Positions 19,127 to 29,654 of a stretch of DNA of 64,000 nucleotides are shown here, piece by piece. Origin of the DNA: an uncultured Gemmatimonadaceae bacterium (lineage in GTDB: Bacteria > Gemmatimonadota > Gemmatimonadetes > Gemmatimonadales > Gemmatimonadaceae). The number at the start of each line of letters is the position of its first letter. Position 1 is the first letter of the stretch. A model generated the notes under the pieces. It saw only the letters and a program-made list of their open reading frames with translations. It was not told where the DNA came from and ran no database searches. The stretch lies in contig OY970320.1 in the NCBI GenBank assembly GCA_963716745.1, positions 1,504,001-1,568,000 of the forward strand, written 5' to 3'. Position numbers and translations under genes: made by a program.

Positions 19127-20943
19127 TGGCGCCGACCGCACCGGACGCGCCGGCCGCTGTGCTGCTCGACACGTCGAAAAAACGGAGGATCCCGTCGCCC
19201 GGACCGCTTCGGCCGCTGTTCCTGCGCATGCGCGGGCACCCCGCGCTGCTCTGGACCGGTGGGCTCACCCTCGTGCTCAGCGTGGCGGCGGGTCTCGTCT
19301 TCGCGCTCGTGGTGCGCGGATTGCTCGACGCCGCGTTCATCCAGAGGGATCCGGGATTGCTGGCCCGCTATTTCGCCGGCCTGATCGCGCTCTTCCTGGT
19401 GCAGGGCGCGTTTAATTTCGTGCAGGTGTGGGCGTTCGCGGTGGTCGCCGAGCGCGTGATCGCGCAGCTCCGGGTGGACGTATTCGCCAACCTCGTTCGG
19501 CTGAGCCCGGGATTCTTCGCGGAGCGATTGTCGGGTGAACTGACGAGCCGGCTCTCGTCGGACATCACGATGCTGCAGAGCGTGATGAACTACCAGGTGA
19601 CCGAACTACTGCGGCAAGTCCTGTACCTCGTGGGTGGCATCACGCTGCTCACGATCATGCAACCGCAACTGACCGCGACGACACTGGCGGTGGTGCCGAT
19701 CGTCATCGCGGCCGCGTTGATCTTCGGCCGGTTGCTGCGGAAGTCCACGACCGGCGTGCAAGATCGCATCGCCGACGCCATGGGCATGGCCGACGAGGCG
19801 TTCGGCCACATCCGCGTCGTGCAGAGCTTCACGCGTGAGGCCTTCGAGACGAAGCGATACACCGACCTGTTGCGCGATGTCGTACGCGTCGCGCTCAGGC
19901 GTGCGTGGTTCCGCGGCATCTTCTTCGGTGTGATCACCTTCGTCGGCTTCAGCGGCGTGGCCGTGGTGCTGTGGCAGGGCGGCCGGCTCGCGCTGCTCGG
20001 CACTCTGACGGAAGGCTCGCTCACGCAATTCCTGATCCTCGCGTTCACGGTGGCGGCGGCGGTCGGAGCGCTCGCATCGTTGTTCGGGCAATTCCAGGAG
20101 ACACTCGGCGCGGCCGAGCGTGTCTTCGAACTGCTGCATATGAAGCCATCCATCGCCGAGCCCGCCGAGCCGCTGCTGCTCGCCAAGCCCGTGCGCGGCG
20201 ACGTGCGATTCGACCGCGTCACCTTCCGCTACGCCGCCGAGCTCCCCGACGTGCTGCACGAGGTCTCGTTCCGCATCGTGCCCGGCGAAGTCGTGGCGCT
20301 CGTAGGCCCGTCGGGCGCCGGAAAGACCACCATCGCATCGCTCGTGCCGCGCTTCTGGGACGCGACCTCGGGCGCGATCACGCTCGACCGGATCGATGTG
20401 CGGCGACTCTCGCTGCACGATCTCCGCAATTCCGTGGGCATCGTGCCGCAGGAGCCCGCGCTGTTCAGTGGCACGGTGCGCGAGAACATCGCGTTCGGCC
20501 GGCCGGATGCCTCGGATGTGGACGTCGCGCGCGCGGCGCGCGCCGCGCACGCGATGGAATTCATCGAGCAGTTCACCGAAGGGATGAACACGCGCGTCGG
20601 CGAGCGCGGCGTGAAGCTTTCGGGCGGACAGCGCCAGCGCATCGCGATCGCCCGCGTGTTCCTCAAGGATCCGGCGGTCGTGATCCTCGACGAGGCCACG
20701 TCGAGCCTCGACAGCGAGAGCGAACGTCTCGTAGAGCGCGCGATGGAAGAACTGCTCCGCGGCCGCTCGACGCTCATCATCGCGCACCGCCTGAGCACCG
20801 TGCGCCGCGCCGACCGCGTGGTGGTGCTCGACGCCGGACGCGTCATCGAAGAAGGCTCGCATACGCAGCTGCTCGCCGACAACGGACTCTACGCGCGACT
20901 CTATCGCGTGCAGTTCCCCGACGCGCGCGAGGTCCGCCGCTAG
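19126..20943 (+). CDS. MsbA-like ABC exporter (fused TM and ATPase domains)
   Basis: GPSGAGKT, LSGGQRQR, ILDEATSSLD and AHRLST. Confidence 0.92.
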   Translation: MAPTAPDAPAAVLLDTSKKRRIPSPGPLRPLFLRMRGHPALLWTGGLTLVLSVAAGLVFALVVRGLLDAAFIQRDPGLLARYFAGLIALFLVQGAFNFVQVWAFAVVAERVIAQLRVDVFANLVRLSPGFFAERLSGELTSRLSSDITMLQSVMNYQVTELLRQVLYLVGGITLLTIMQPQLTATTLAVVPIVIAAALIFGRLLRKSTTGVQDRIADAMGMADEAFGHIRVVQSFTREAFETKRYTDLLRDVVRVALRRAWFRGIFFGVITFVGFSGVAVVLWQGGRLALLGTLTEGSLTQFLILAFTVAAAVGALASLFGQFQETLGAAERVFELLHMKPSIAEPAEPLLLAKPVRGDVRFDRVTFRYAAELPDVLHEVSFRIVPGEVVALVGPSGAGKTTIASLVPRFWDATSGAITLDRIDVRRLSLHDLRNSVGIVPQEPALFSGTVRENIAFGRPDASDVDVARAARAAHAMEFIEQFTEGMNTRVGERGVKLSGGQRQRIAIARVFLKDPAVVILDEATSSLDSESERLVERAMEELLRGRSTLIIAHRLSTVRRADRVVVLDAGRVIEEGSHTQLLADNGLYARLYRVQFPDAREVRR

Positions 20944-20944
20944 A

Positions 20945-21604
20945 TCACCGCGGGATCCTGAGGTCGGCGAAGGCGAGCGCGCCGGAATCCACCACCACTT
21001 CGCGGTCGATCTCGCCAAGCGACGGGTGCCACACGCGGATCCGCCACCGGCCCGGCGGCACGGAGTCCATCGCGAAGCGGCCGTTCGAGTCCGGCTGCGC
21101 GAAGTACGGCTGGTCGAACACGAGGATCCAGCCGTGAGTGGCCGGATGCACGTCGCACGTGACCGCCACGAGCCCCACCCGTTGCAGCGGACGATGCGTG
21201 GGCACCACCTGCCCCGCCCCGGTCTCGTTCACCACGGCGAGCACGGAATCCGGGTCCGCTCCGCTCAGTGTGAAGCGCGCGCGATGCGCGGTGTCGTCCA
21301 CGTTGCGGACATTGAGCGTGCCGCCCACGATCGCCGCCTGCGTGAACGGCACGAGTGCGTTCGCCCGGTTCTCGATCTCGTAGCGCCGCGAGAGCGGCAG
21401 CGGCTTGCCGGAATCCACATCGGTGAGCCATACGATCGCGTCGCCCGCGCGGAGCGGCGGCGCCAGCGTGACCTGGCCGTTGATCCGCCCCGCCGCGCGG
21501 ACATCCGCGACGCGATACCGTGCCCGCGATGCATGCTCGGCGGCCGATCGCTCGTGCGCGCAGCCGGCGAGCAGCGCGATCGCCAGCGCCGCCGGCGGCC
21601 TCAC
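20945..21604 (-). CDS. Lipoprotein with cupredoxin / carboxypeptidase-regulatory-like domain
   Basis: GTG start coupled to the upstream stop; lipobox LLAGC; CDVHP...GWILVFDQPYFA and VPPGRWRIRVWHP motifs. Confidence 0.7.
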   Translation of the reverse strand: MRPPAALAIALLAGCAHERSAAEHASRARYRVADVRAAGRINGQVTLAPPLRAGDAIVWLTDVDSGKPLPLSRRYEIENRANALVPFTQAAIVGGTLNVRNVDDTAHRARFTLSGADPDSVLAVVNETGAGQVVPTHRPLQRVGLVAVTCDVHPATHGWILVFDQPYFAQPDSNGRFAMDSVPPGRWRIRVWHPSLGEIDREVVVDSGALAFADLRIPR

Positions 21605-22932
21605 ACGGCGCCGCGACGGAAGTAGAGGAACACCGCGACGCCCACCGCGAGCTGCGCCACGCCGAACAGCGACATGCGCAGCGACGAGACGAACGAACTC
21701 GCGACGCCGATCACCGCCGCGATGACGAAGAACGCGGGCAGCCATGGATAGCCGGGTACGCGGTACGGCCGCACCGCGTCGGGCCGCGAACGCCGGAGCG
21801 CGAATACGCTCGCCGCTCCGAGTCCGAAGAAGATCCAGTCCGCGAACACGACGCCCGAGAGCAGCGCGCCGAGATCGCCGCGCGTCAGCGCGAGCAGCAC
21901 GAGCGACCACACGGCGATCAGCACGATGGCCACGTGCGGCGAACCGAACTTCGGATGCACGCGCCCCGCGGCAGCCAGGAAATTCCCGTCAGCCGCCATC
22001 GCGTACACCACGCGCGCGTTCGCGAGGATCGCGACGCTGATGAATCCGAAGATCGAGACCATCGCCGACACGGCGATGAAGGTGCCGCCGCCCGCGCCGA
22101 AGTAGCGCTCGGCCGCGTCGGCCGCCGCCGCATTCGACGCCGCGAGTCCGTCGCGCCCCAGCGCGTGCAGATACACGATGTTCGCGCCCAGATAGATGGC
22201 GATCACGATGCCGATCCCGATGCCGAGCGCGCGCGGGATGCTGCGCTCGGGATCGCGCACTTCACCCGCGGCCATGTTCATCTGCTGCCAGCCGCCGATG
22301 GTGAACAGCACCGGCACGAACGCCGCGCCGAGCGCGACGATGAGCGGTGTACGCGCGGCGGGCGCGTCCGACACCGGGAGCGGCGCACCCACATGCGACC
22401 ACAACGCGAACCCGCCCACGATAAGGGCCGCGAGCGCCGCGACCTTCGCCACGGTGAGCACGTTCTGCACGAGTGCGCCCGGCTTCACGCCCAGATAGTT
22501 CACGGTCGCGAGGAGCACGATCGCCGCCGCCGCGACCGTGAGCGTCTGCCCCGCGGGTACGATGCCGAGCCGCGCGAGATAGCCGGCGAATCCGACGGCC
22601 ACCGCCGCGATCGCGCCGGTGGCGATCGACGCGAGGATCATCCAACCATAAAGGAATGCGGGAAGATTCCCGAAGGCTTCCCGAATGTACGCGTACGCTC
22701 CGCCGGCACTCGGGATCATCGCGCCGAGCTCCGCGTACGTGAGCGCGCCGGCGAACGCGACGACGCCGCCCAGCGCCCACACCGCGAGTACCCAGTCCGC
22801 GGTGGGCAGCGCACGCGCCGACACGGACGGTGTGAAGAAGATCCCGCTGCCGATGATCCCGCCGACCACCATCATCGCGGCGGAGAAGACGCCCAACTCG
22901 CGGCGAAGCTGGCCGCCGCCGCGCTCGCTCAA
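21601..22932 (-). CDS. APC-family amino acid permease
   Basis: IIGSGIFFTP, YAELGAMIPSAGGAYAY and VHPKFGSP. Confidence 0.9.
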   Translation of the reverse strand: MSERGGGQLRRELGVFSAAMMVVGGIIGSGIFFTPSVSARALPTADWVLAVWALGGVVAFAGALTYAELGAMIPSAGGAYAYIREAFGNLPAFLYGWMILASIATGAIAAVAVGFAGYLARLGIVPAGQTLTVAAAAIVLLATVNYLGVKPGALVQNVLTVAKVAALAALIVGGFALWSHVGAPLPVSDAPAARTPLIVALGAAFVPVLFTIGGWQQMNMAAGEVRDPERSIPRALGIGIGIVIAIYLGANIVYLHALGRDGLAASNAAAADAAERYFGAGGGTFIAVSAMVSIFGFISVAILANARVVYAMAADGNFLAAAGRVHPKFGSPHVAIVLIAVWSLVLLALTRGDLGALLSGVVFADWIFFGLGAASVFALRRSRPDAVRPYRVPGYPWLPAFFVIAAVIGVASSFVSSLRMSLFGVAQLAVGVAVFLYFRRGAV

Positions 22933-24110
22933 TAGACGGGCAGTTCGCGCTGATATTCGCGCGGTGTCACTACGAGACGGCCCTTGAGGTCGAGGAAGGC
23001 GTTCACTTCGCTGCGCGCGCCGATCTCGCCGCCAATGTACACGCCGGGCTCGATCGAGAAGCCCGCGCCAGGCACGAGCAGCCGCTCCTCGCGCGTCTCG
23101 AAGTTGTCGATGTGCGGGCCGGCGCCGTGCAATTGCCGCATGTCGATGCTGTGGCCCGTGCGGTGCGTGAAGTACTTCCCGAACCCGCGCTGGGTGATGA
23201 CACCACGCGCCGCGTCATCGATCTCGCCGCCCCGCACCGGCTTCCCCGCGGCCACGAGCTCGGTGAGCCGCGCGATCGCGGCGTCGCGCGCATCGCGCAC
23301 CGCCGTCCATACCTCCACCGCCCGCGCGCTCGGCGCACCCAGCGCCGCCATGAACGTCTGGTCGGCGTAGATACCGCCCGGCTCACGCGCCCAGAGATCG
23401 ATCAGGAGCAACTCGCCGCGTGCGAGCGCGCGCGGCCGCTTCTCGCTCGGGCTGTAATGCGCGTCGGCGGCGTTCGCGCCGGCCGCGACGATCGGATCGT
23501 GATCGAACTCCATTCCTTTCTTCACGAACGAATCCATGATGAAGCGCTGCACCTCGTGCTCGTGCACCGGCGTGCCCTTGGCGAGCGCGGCACCGGCGAA
23601 GGCGAACGCCTCGAGGGCGGTGGCGCGCACCTGCTCGGCGGCCCGCACGTGCGACGCCATCTGCGGCTCGGTCCACACCGCGTAGAATTTCGTCACGATC
23701 TCGCCGGAGCAGACCACCGTCGCGCCGGCGGTGCGCACCATCTCGAGCACGCCGGCCGGCACGTAGTCCACGTACGGCACCGCGTCGCCGGGCGAGTACT
23801 CCATCGCGATCTTCTTCCCGCGCACGAGGCCGGCGATATAGCCCTCCAATTCCTGCCACGTGCTGTAGCGCTCGCGGCGCCACGCGGCCGGCCAGTCGCG
23901 CCACGGGCCCTGTTCGATGTTGTGCGTGATGGCGGTGGGCACGCCGCTCTTCGGCACGTACACGAAGATGCGGCGCGACACCATGCCTTTGAGTTCGAGC
24001 ACGCCGGCGGTCACCGGATTCACGCCGCGGAAATCGTACAGGAGCCAGCCGTCCACGCCGCTGTCGGCGATCGCGCGCTGGAGCGCGGGAAGGTTGTCGG
24101 TCGTGAGCAT
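22929..24110 (-). CDS. M24-family Xaa-Pro aminopeptidase
   Basis: LLIDLWA, YADQT, HRTGHSI and SIEPGVY metal-binding motifs. Confidence 0.9.
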   Translation of the reverse strand: MLTTDNLPALQRAIADSGVDGWLLYDFRGVNPVTAGVLELKGMVSRRIFVYVPKSGVPTAITHNIEQGPWRDWPAAWRRERYSTWQELEGYIAGLVRGKKIAMEYSPGDAVPYVDYVPAGVLEMVRTAGATVVCSGEIVTKFYAVWTEPQMASHVRAAEQVRATALEAFAFAGAALAKGTPVHEHEVQRFIMDSFVKKGMEFDHDPIVAAGANAADAHYSPSEKRPRALARGELLLIDLWAREPGGIYADQTFMAALGAPSARAVEVWTAVRDARDAAIARLTELVAAGKPVRGGEIDDAARGVITQRGFGKYFTHRTGHSIDMRQLHGAGPHIDNFETREERLLVPGAGFSIEPGVYIGGEIGARSEVNAFLDLKGRLVVTPREYQRELPVY

Positions 24111-24150
24111 CGTGGAAATAGAACGCCCGCCCCGCGCGGCGGGAAGTGCG

Positions 24151-24777
24151 TCAGGCCGCGCTGAGATTCCGCCAGTCGACCCGCCATTCGCAGCGCCCTT
24201 CGTTGCGCGCGGCGCAGCGCACGTGGTCCACGCGGCCGCTGGTGGCGCCGAGCAGCCGCAGCAATTCGTGCAGCGATTCCTCGTAGTACGTGCAGCCGAG
24301 GGAGTTCGGCGCGCTGTCCACCGTCACCGAGCTCTCCACCTCCAGGATGAGGTGCGCGCCGGAGCGGCGCACGACGCCGCCCCAGTATCGCTCCGCGATC
24401 TTGCGGGTCTGCGCGAGCGCCATGGGACGTGAGAGGAGCGATGGCAGTACGGCGATCGCCTGGCGCGTGATGACCGGGATGCGGGCATAGGTCTCGCGCG
24501 CCACATAGCGGCCGGCGGCGCGGAAGGCGGCCTCGGCGTCGGGGCGGCGGCCGATGAGCGTCGCGAGCGCGACCGCTTCCTCCTGCGCGGGTCGAATGCC
24601 GCGCTTCACCATGTCGCCGTAGCGGCGGATCTGCGCGTACACCGTGTCGCTGAGCCCGAAGCGCTTGGTGCGAAGTTCGGCGACGAACTCGGCCTCGAGA
24701 TCGCCATCGGGACTGTCGACGCTGCGAACGGCTTCGAGGAAGGAGAGCGGGATGAGGGCGTCGACCGTGGCGTTCAT
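24151..24777 (-). CDS. Hypothetical protein with V4R/BchJ-like C-terminal domain
   Basis: CTYYEESL...HVRCAARNEGRCEW Cys pattern; start at MNATVDAL. Confidence 0.6.
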   Translation of the reverse strand: MNATVDALIPLSFLEAVRSVDSPDGDLEAEFVAELRTKRFGLSDTVYAQIRRYGDMVKRGIRPAQEEAVALATLIGRRPDAEAAFRAAGRYVARETYARIPVITRQAIAVLPSLLSRPMALAQTRKIAERYWGGVVRRSGAHLILEVESSVTVDSAPNSLGCTYYEESLHELLRLLGATSGRVDHVRCAARNEGRCEWRVDWRNLSAA

Positions 24778-24877
24778 TGCGTGGCAAAGGTAATCGCGCG
24801 GGGTGACGCAAACAACGCCGCCGCGGCGCGGGCGTTCGCTTGCGGGGCGGCGGCCGCGCGCGGCACTATACAGCACC

Positions 24878-25740
24878 ATGAACATCTTCTTGATAACGGA
24901 CGACGGATTCGCGCTGCGCATGCTCGTGGGCGCCGCGATCGCTGATCGTCATCGCCGTGATCGCGCTGCGGCGCGGCTCGCTCACCAAGTCGGGCGCCAT
25001 CACCGCGGCGGCCGTGGGCACCGTGAGCGTGAGTGCGGGGTATGGATGGGGAGCGATGCTCATCGCGTTCTTCGTGAGCGCTACCGCGCTCACGCACTAT
25101 CGCGAAGCGGAGCGGGCGCAGCGCACGGCGGGCGTGCTGGAGAAGGAGGGCGCGCGCGATGCGCTGCAGGTGCTGGCGAACGGGGCGTTGTTCGCCATCG
25201 CGGCGGCGGCGATCAAGGCACGATGGGGACTCAAGTACGGGACGATGGACACGCTGCCGGCGTGGACATGGCTCTGGACGGCGATCGGCGGCGGAGCGAT
25301 CGCGACGGCGTGCGCGGACACGTGGAGCACCGAGATCGGCACGCTGTCCGATGCGCCGCCGCGGTCGATCGCGACGTTCAAGATCGTGCCGGCGGGAACG
25401 TCGGGGGGCGTAACAGCGCGAGGATCGGCGGCGGCGGTGGCGGGCGCGTGCTTCATGGGCGCTGTCGCGTGGGCGGTGCGCTGGCCGGCGATGCTCGCGG
25501 CGGCGACGGCGGCGGGGGGAATAATCGGCGCGTTCGCGGATTCTCTCATTGGGGCGACGCTGCAGGGACGGCGTCAGTGCCCCAAGTGCGGCGTCGCAAC
25601 CGGAGCAGCTGGTGCACGATTGCGGCACGGAAACGGTGGCGGCGGGAGGTCTCGAGTGGCTCGACAACGATCTGGTGAATCTGCTCAGCACCGGCTTGGG
25701 CGCCCTGGCGGCGGCCGCGATCGCTTCCGCGTTCGTCTGA
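24878..25740 (+). CDS. DUF92 (TMEM19/VTE6-like) membrane protein; frameshifts near 24940 and 25600
   Basis: RGSLTKSGA, RDALQVLANG, ADTWSTEIG, GTSGGVT, DSLIGATLQ and, after the shift, LDNDLVNLLST. Confidence 0.85.
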
Positions 25741-25747
25741 GCGCGGC

Positions 25748-27196
25748 ATGACCGCGCTCGCCGCCGGTTCTGCGCCGCGCGTGCTCCTCGTGAGCACGAA
25801 CCGCGAACGCCAGCCGATGCCGGTGGTACCGAACGGCATCGCCTGTGTCGCGGGCGCGCTCAAGGCAGCGGGGCACCAGACGCGCGTGCTCGATCTCGCG
25901 TTCTCGCGCGACCCGCACGCCGCGGCCGGCGCCGCCGCGCGCGAGTTCGCGCCCGACGTCATCGGTGTCTCGATGCGGAACATCGACAACAGCGATCTCA
26001 TCGCGCTCCGGCATTACACGCCCGAGGCCACCGCGCTCCTCGCGACGCTGCGGGCCGCCGCGCCGCGCGCCCGCGTGATCGCGGGCGGTGCCGCGTTCGG
26101 GGTCGCGCCCGAGGCGCTCTTCGACACGCTTGGCGTCGACTACGCGGTGGCCGGCGATGGCGAGCGCGCCACGGTCGCGCTGCTCGACTCGCTCGCCGCC
26201 GGCCGCGCGCCCGGCGCGATCCCCGGCGTCGTACAGCGCGGCGACAGCGGGACGAAGCTCACGCCGCCCGGCGGCGACGCCGATCTCGATTCGCTGCCCG
26301 CGGCACACATGCACAAGTGGCTCGACCTCGCCGCGTACGAGCGCCGCGGCGGCACGGTGCCCATCCAGACGAAGCGCGGCTGCGTGTTCAAGTGCATCTA
26401 CTGCACATATCTCAACGTGGAAGGTTGGGGCTACCGCCTGCGCGACCCCGATCTCGTCGCGCTCGAGATGGAAGAGCTGCATCGCGAGGCCGGCGTCACG
26501 CACTTCGAGTTCGTGGATTCCACCTTCAATGCACCACCGCGCCACGCGATGGATGTGTGCGATGCGATCCTGCGCCGGCGCCTGCGCGTGCATCTCGACA
26601 CCACGAACTTCACGCCCGCCACCGCGCCCGCGGAGCTGCTCGCGCTCATGCGTCGCGCCGGCTTCCGCTGGCTCGGCATCACCGCCGAGAGCGCGAGCGA
26701 CTCGGTGCTCGAGCGGCTGCAGAAGGGTTTCGACGCCGCGCAGGTGCGCGCCGTCGCGGAGCGCGTGGAACAGGCGGGCATCGGCGTGTTGTGGATCTTC
26801 CTCGTGGGTGGGCCGGGCGAGACGCGCGAGACACTCGAAGAGACGCTACGCTTCGCCGCCTGGCGACTGGGCCGCGGCGACGCCGTGTACCTCACCGTCG
26901 GCCTGCGCATCTACCCGGGCACCACGCTCCACAATATCGCGCGGGACGAGGGCGTGGTCGCCACCGGCGATCCACTCCTCGTGCCGCGATTCTACTTCAC
27001 GAGTTCTCTCGATTTCGAGAGCACGGTCGCGCGCCTGCGCGCCTTCGCGTCCGCACATCCGCGCTTCATGTTCTCCGCCGACTCGCGTTCGCCGCTGCTG
27101 CCGCACCTCACGCGGCTCGCCGGCGTACTGCGGCTGCCCCGTCCGCATTGGCGCTACATGGGCTTGTTCCAGCGCATCGCGCGCGCCGTGTCATGA
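25748..27196 (+). CDS. B12-binding radical SAM protein
   Basis: N-terminal cobalamin-binding domain (PDVIGVSMRNIDN, GGAAF, GDGE); RGCVFKCIYC CxxxCxxC; LRIYPGT. Confidence 0.9.
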   Translation: MTALAAGSAPRVLLVSTNRERQPMPVVPNGIACVAGALKAAGHQTRVLDLAFSRDPHAAAGAAAREFAPDVIGVSMRNIDNSDLIALRHYTPEATALLATLRAAAPRARVIAGGAAFGVAPEALFDTLGVDYAVAGDGERATVALLDSLAAGRAPGAIPGVVQRGDSGTKLTPPGGDADLDSLPAAHMHKWLDLAAYERRGGTVPIQTKRGCVFKCIYCTYLNVEGWGYRLRDPDLVALEMEELHREAGVTHFEFVDSTFNAPPRHAMDVCDAILRRRLRVHLDTTNFTPATAPAELLALMRRAGFRWLGITAESASDSVLERLQKGFDAAQVRAVAERVEQAGIGVLWIFLVGGPGETRETLEETLRFAAWRLGRGDAVYLTVGLRIYPGTTLHNIARDEGVVATGDPLLVPRFYFTSSLDFESTVARLRAFASAHPRFMFSADSRSPLLPHLTRLAGVLRLPRPHWRYMGLFQRIARAVS

Positions 27197-28468
27197 CCGA
27201 ACGCATCGATGTGATCGTCGTAGGCGGCGGACCGGCGGGCAGCTCCGCCGCCTGGCATCTCGCGCGCGGCGGCGCGCGCGTCGTGCTGCTCGATCGTGCC
27301 CGCTTCCCGCGCGACAAGCCGTGCGCCGAATACCTGAGCCCCGAAGCCTCGCGGATCCTCGAATCGATGGGCGTGCTCGGCGCGTGCGAGCGCGCGGGCG
27401 CGGCGGCGCTGGCGGGCATGATCGTGCGCTCGCCCGCCGGCACGGTCGCGCAGGGCGCGTTCACGGCGGCGCACGGATTCCGTCCGTTCCGCGACCGCGG
27501 ACTCGGCCTGCGTCGCACCGCGCTCGACGCGCTCGTGCTCGGAGCAGCGCGGGATGCGGGCGTGAACGTGATCGAGGGGGAGCAGGTGACTGATGTGATC
27601 CGCGACGAGCGCGGCGTGGCGACCGGCGTGCGCACGCTCGAGAACGGCGCGGCGCGCGAGCGGCGCGCGGCGCTTGTCGTGGGCGCCGACGGCCTGCGTT
27701 CCGTGGTCGGGCGCCGGCTCGGCCTCACACGCTTCGCACGCGTGCCGCGCCGGCTCGCATTCGTGACGCACTACCGGGGCATACGCGGCATGTCAGGCTT
27801 CGGCGAGATGCACGTCGAGCGTGACGGCTACTTCGGCCTCGCCCCGGTGGAAGACGGATTGACCAACGTCGCGATCGTCGCGCCGGTGAGCGTCGCGCGC
27901 GCCGCGCGCGGACGCGCCGGACCGTTCTTCGATGCGTGGATCGCGTCGCGGCCGCAACTCGCCCCGCGGTTCGCCGGCGCGGAGCGCGTGGGCGCGGTGA
28001 GCGCCACCGGTCCGTTCGCGCAACGCGCGCGCCGCGCGTGGTCGCCGGGAGCGGCGCTAGTCGGGGATGCCGCCGATTTCTTCGACCCGTTCACCGGCGA
28101 GGGCATCTATGCCGCGTTGCTGGGCGGGGAGCTGTTGGCGCCGTTCGCGCTCGCGGCGCTCGGTGCATCCACCGCGAAGATCGCCGCGGAGTCGCTCGCC
28201 GGCTACGATCGCGCGCGGCGCCGCGCGTTCGGAGGGAAATGGGTGGTCGAGCGGTTCGTCGGACTCGCGGTGGCGAGTCCCATCGCTCATGGACCGCATC
28301 ACGCGATCGTTGGCGGCCTCACCCGACATGGCGGATCTCGTGGTGGGCGTCGGCGGCGACTTCGTACCGACGAGTGCCGTGCTTACGCCGCGGTTCCTCG
28401 CACGCTTGCTGTTCGGCATGCCTCGCGTCAGGCCGGCGGCCGTCCAGCCGCTCACCCGGGCGCGGTGA
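27193..28468 (+). CDS. FAD-dependent oxidoreductase (geranylgeranyl reductase/FixC family); frameshift near 28285
   Basis: DVIVVGGGPAG, FPRDKPCAE, VGADG and LVGDAADFFDPFTGEGI. Confidence 0.88.
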
Positions 28469-28470
28469 CC

Positions 28471-28944
28471 ATGATCGATCCCGATCTCTTCCGCAGCGTG
28501 CTCGGCCGCTTCACGAGCGGCGTGACCGTCGCCACGGCGCGCGATGCGTCCGGAGAGGACCACGGCATGACCGTGAGCTCGTTCTGCTCGCTGAGCCTCT
28601 CGCCGCCGCTCGTGCTCATCTGCGTGGAGCAGAGCACCGAATTACACCGCGTGCTCGCGACTGCGCGCGCGTTCGCGGTGAACGTGCTGGCCGACGACCA
28701 GGAGATGATCTCGCGGCGGTTCGCCGAGCCCGACGCGGGGCGTTTCGAGGGGCTCGCCTTCACGCGCGGCGTGAGCGGCTGCGCACTGCTCGCCGGCACG
28801 CTGGCGTCCATCGAGTGCACGGTGCGCGCCCGGCACCCGGAGGGCGACCATACGATCGTCGTCGGCGAGGTCACGGCCGCGGCAGCGCGCGATGGCCGGC
28901 CGCTGCTCTACTACCGCGGCGGCTATACCGTGATGGAGCGCTAG
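28471..28944 (+). CDS. Flavin reductase (HpaC/DIM6/NTAB family)
   Basis: FRSVLGRFTSGVTV, SLSLSPPLV, GDHTIVVGEV and PLLYYRGGY. Confidence 0.92.
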   Translation: MIDPDLFRSVLGRFTSGVTVATARDASGEDHGMTVSSFCSLSLSPPLVLICVEQSTELHRVLATARAFAVNVLADDQEMISRRFAEPDAGRFEGLAFTRGVSGCALLAGTLASIECTVRARHPEGDHTIVVGEVTAAAARDGRPLLYYRGGYTVMER

Positions 28945-28945
28945 C

Positions 28946-29654
28946 GTGGCGTCGCCCCTCACCCCGCGGCGCCGGCGCGGTATCGAGATCCTCGACGATC
29001 CGACGCTTGCCCCCGAGTTGCGATTGCGCTCGCTCGCGGATGTCGAGCCGCGCCAACGCGCTCTTCGGCGGCACGCGCGCGGTGCTGGCCGAGCTGGAGA
29101 TCGCGCTCGACGCATCGCCGGCGCGCGAGGCGACGCTGCTCGATGTCGGTACCGGGCTGGGCGATATCCCGCGGCGCGCCGTCGCGATGGCGCGCGCGCG
29201 TGGACGCACCCTGCACGCGGCCGGCGTCGAACTCGCCGAGCCGCTCGCGCGCGGCGCGCGTGGCGACGAGTTCCCGGTGGCCTGTGCCGACGCGCGCGCG
29301 CTCCCCTTCGCCGACCGGAGCTTCGATTTCGTCACCTGTTCGCAACTGCTGCATCACTTCGACGGCGACGCGGCGCTCGCGCTGCTGCGCGAGCTGCACC
29401 GCGTGGCGCGGCGTCTCGTGATCGTGAGCGAACTACGCCGCAGCTGGTTGGCGGCCGCAGGGATATGGCTCGTGTCGTACCCGCTGCGCTTCCATCCGGT
29501 GAGCCGGCACGACGGAGTCGTGTCGGTGTTCCGCGGTTTCCGCCGCGGCGAACTGCGCGAACTCGTGCGCGAAGCGGTGTCGCGCGATGCCGACGTCCGC
29601 GACCGGCTCGGCTTCCGCACCACGGCCGCCTGGATCCCGGTGGAGGTCGCGTGA
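28946..29654 (+). CDS. Class I SAM-dependent methyltransferase; frameshift near 29048
   Basis: RRRGIEILDDP N-terminus; LLDVGTGLGD, LPFADRSFDFV, LLHHF and HDGVVSV. Confidence 0.88.

Noticed and set aside
17060..20943. Apparent fusions in the ORF track (ctaA-ctaB 688 aa, 909-aa ABC ORF; likewise 26317-28944 and 28946-30196)
   Set aside because: They arise from frameshift errors and stop-poor high-GC frames; each gene has its own coupled start codon.
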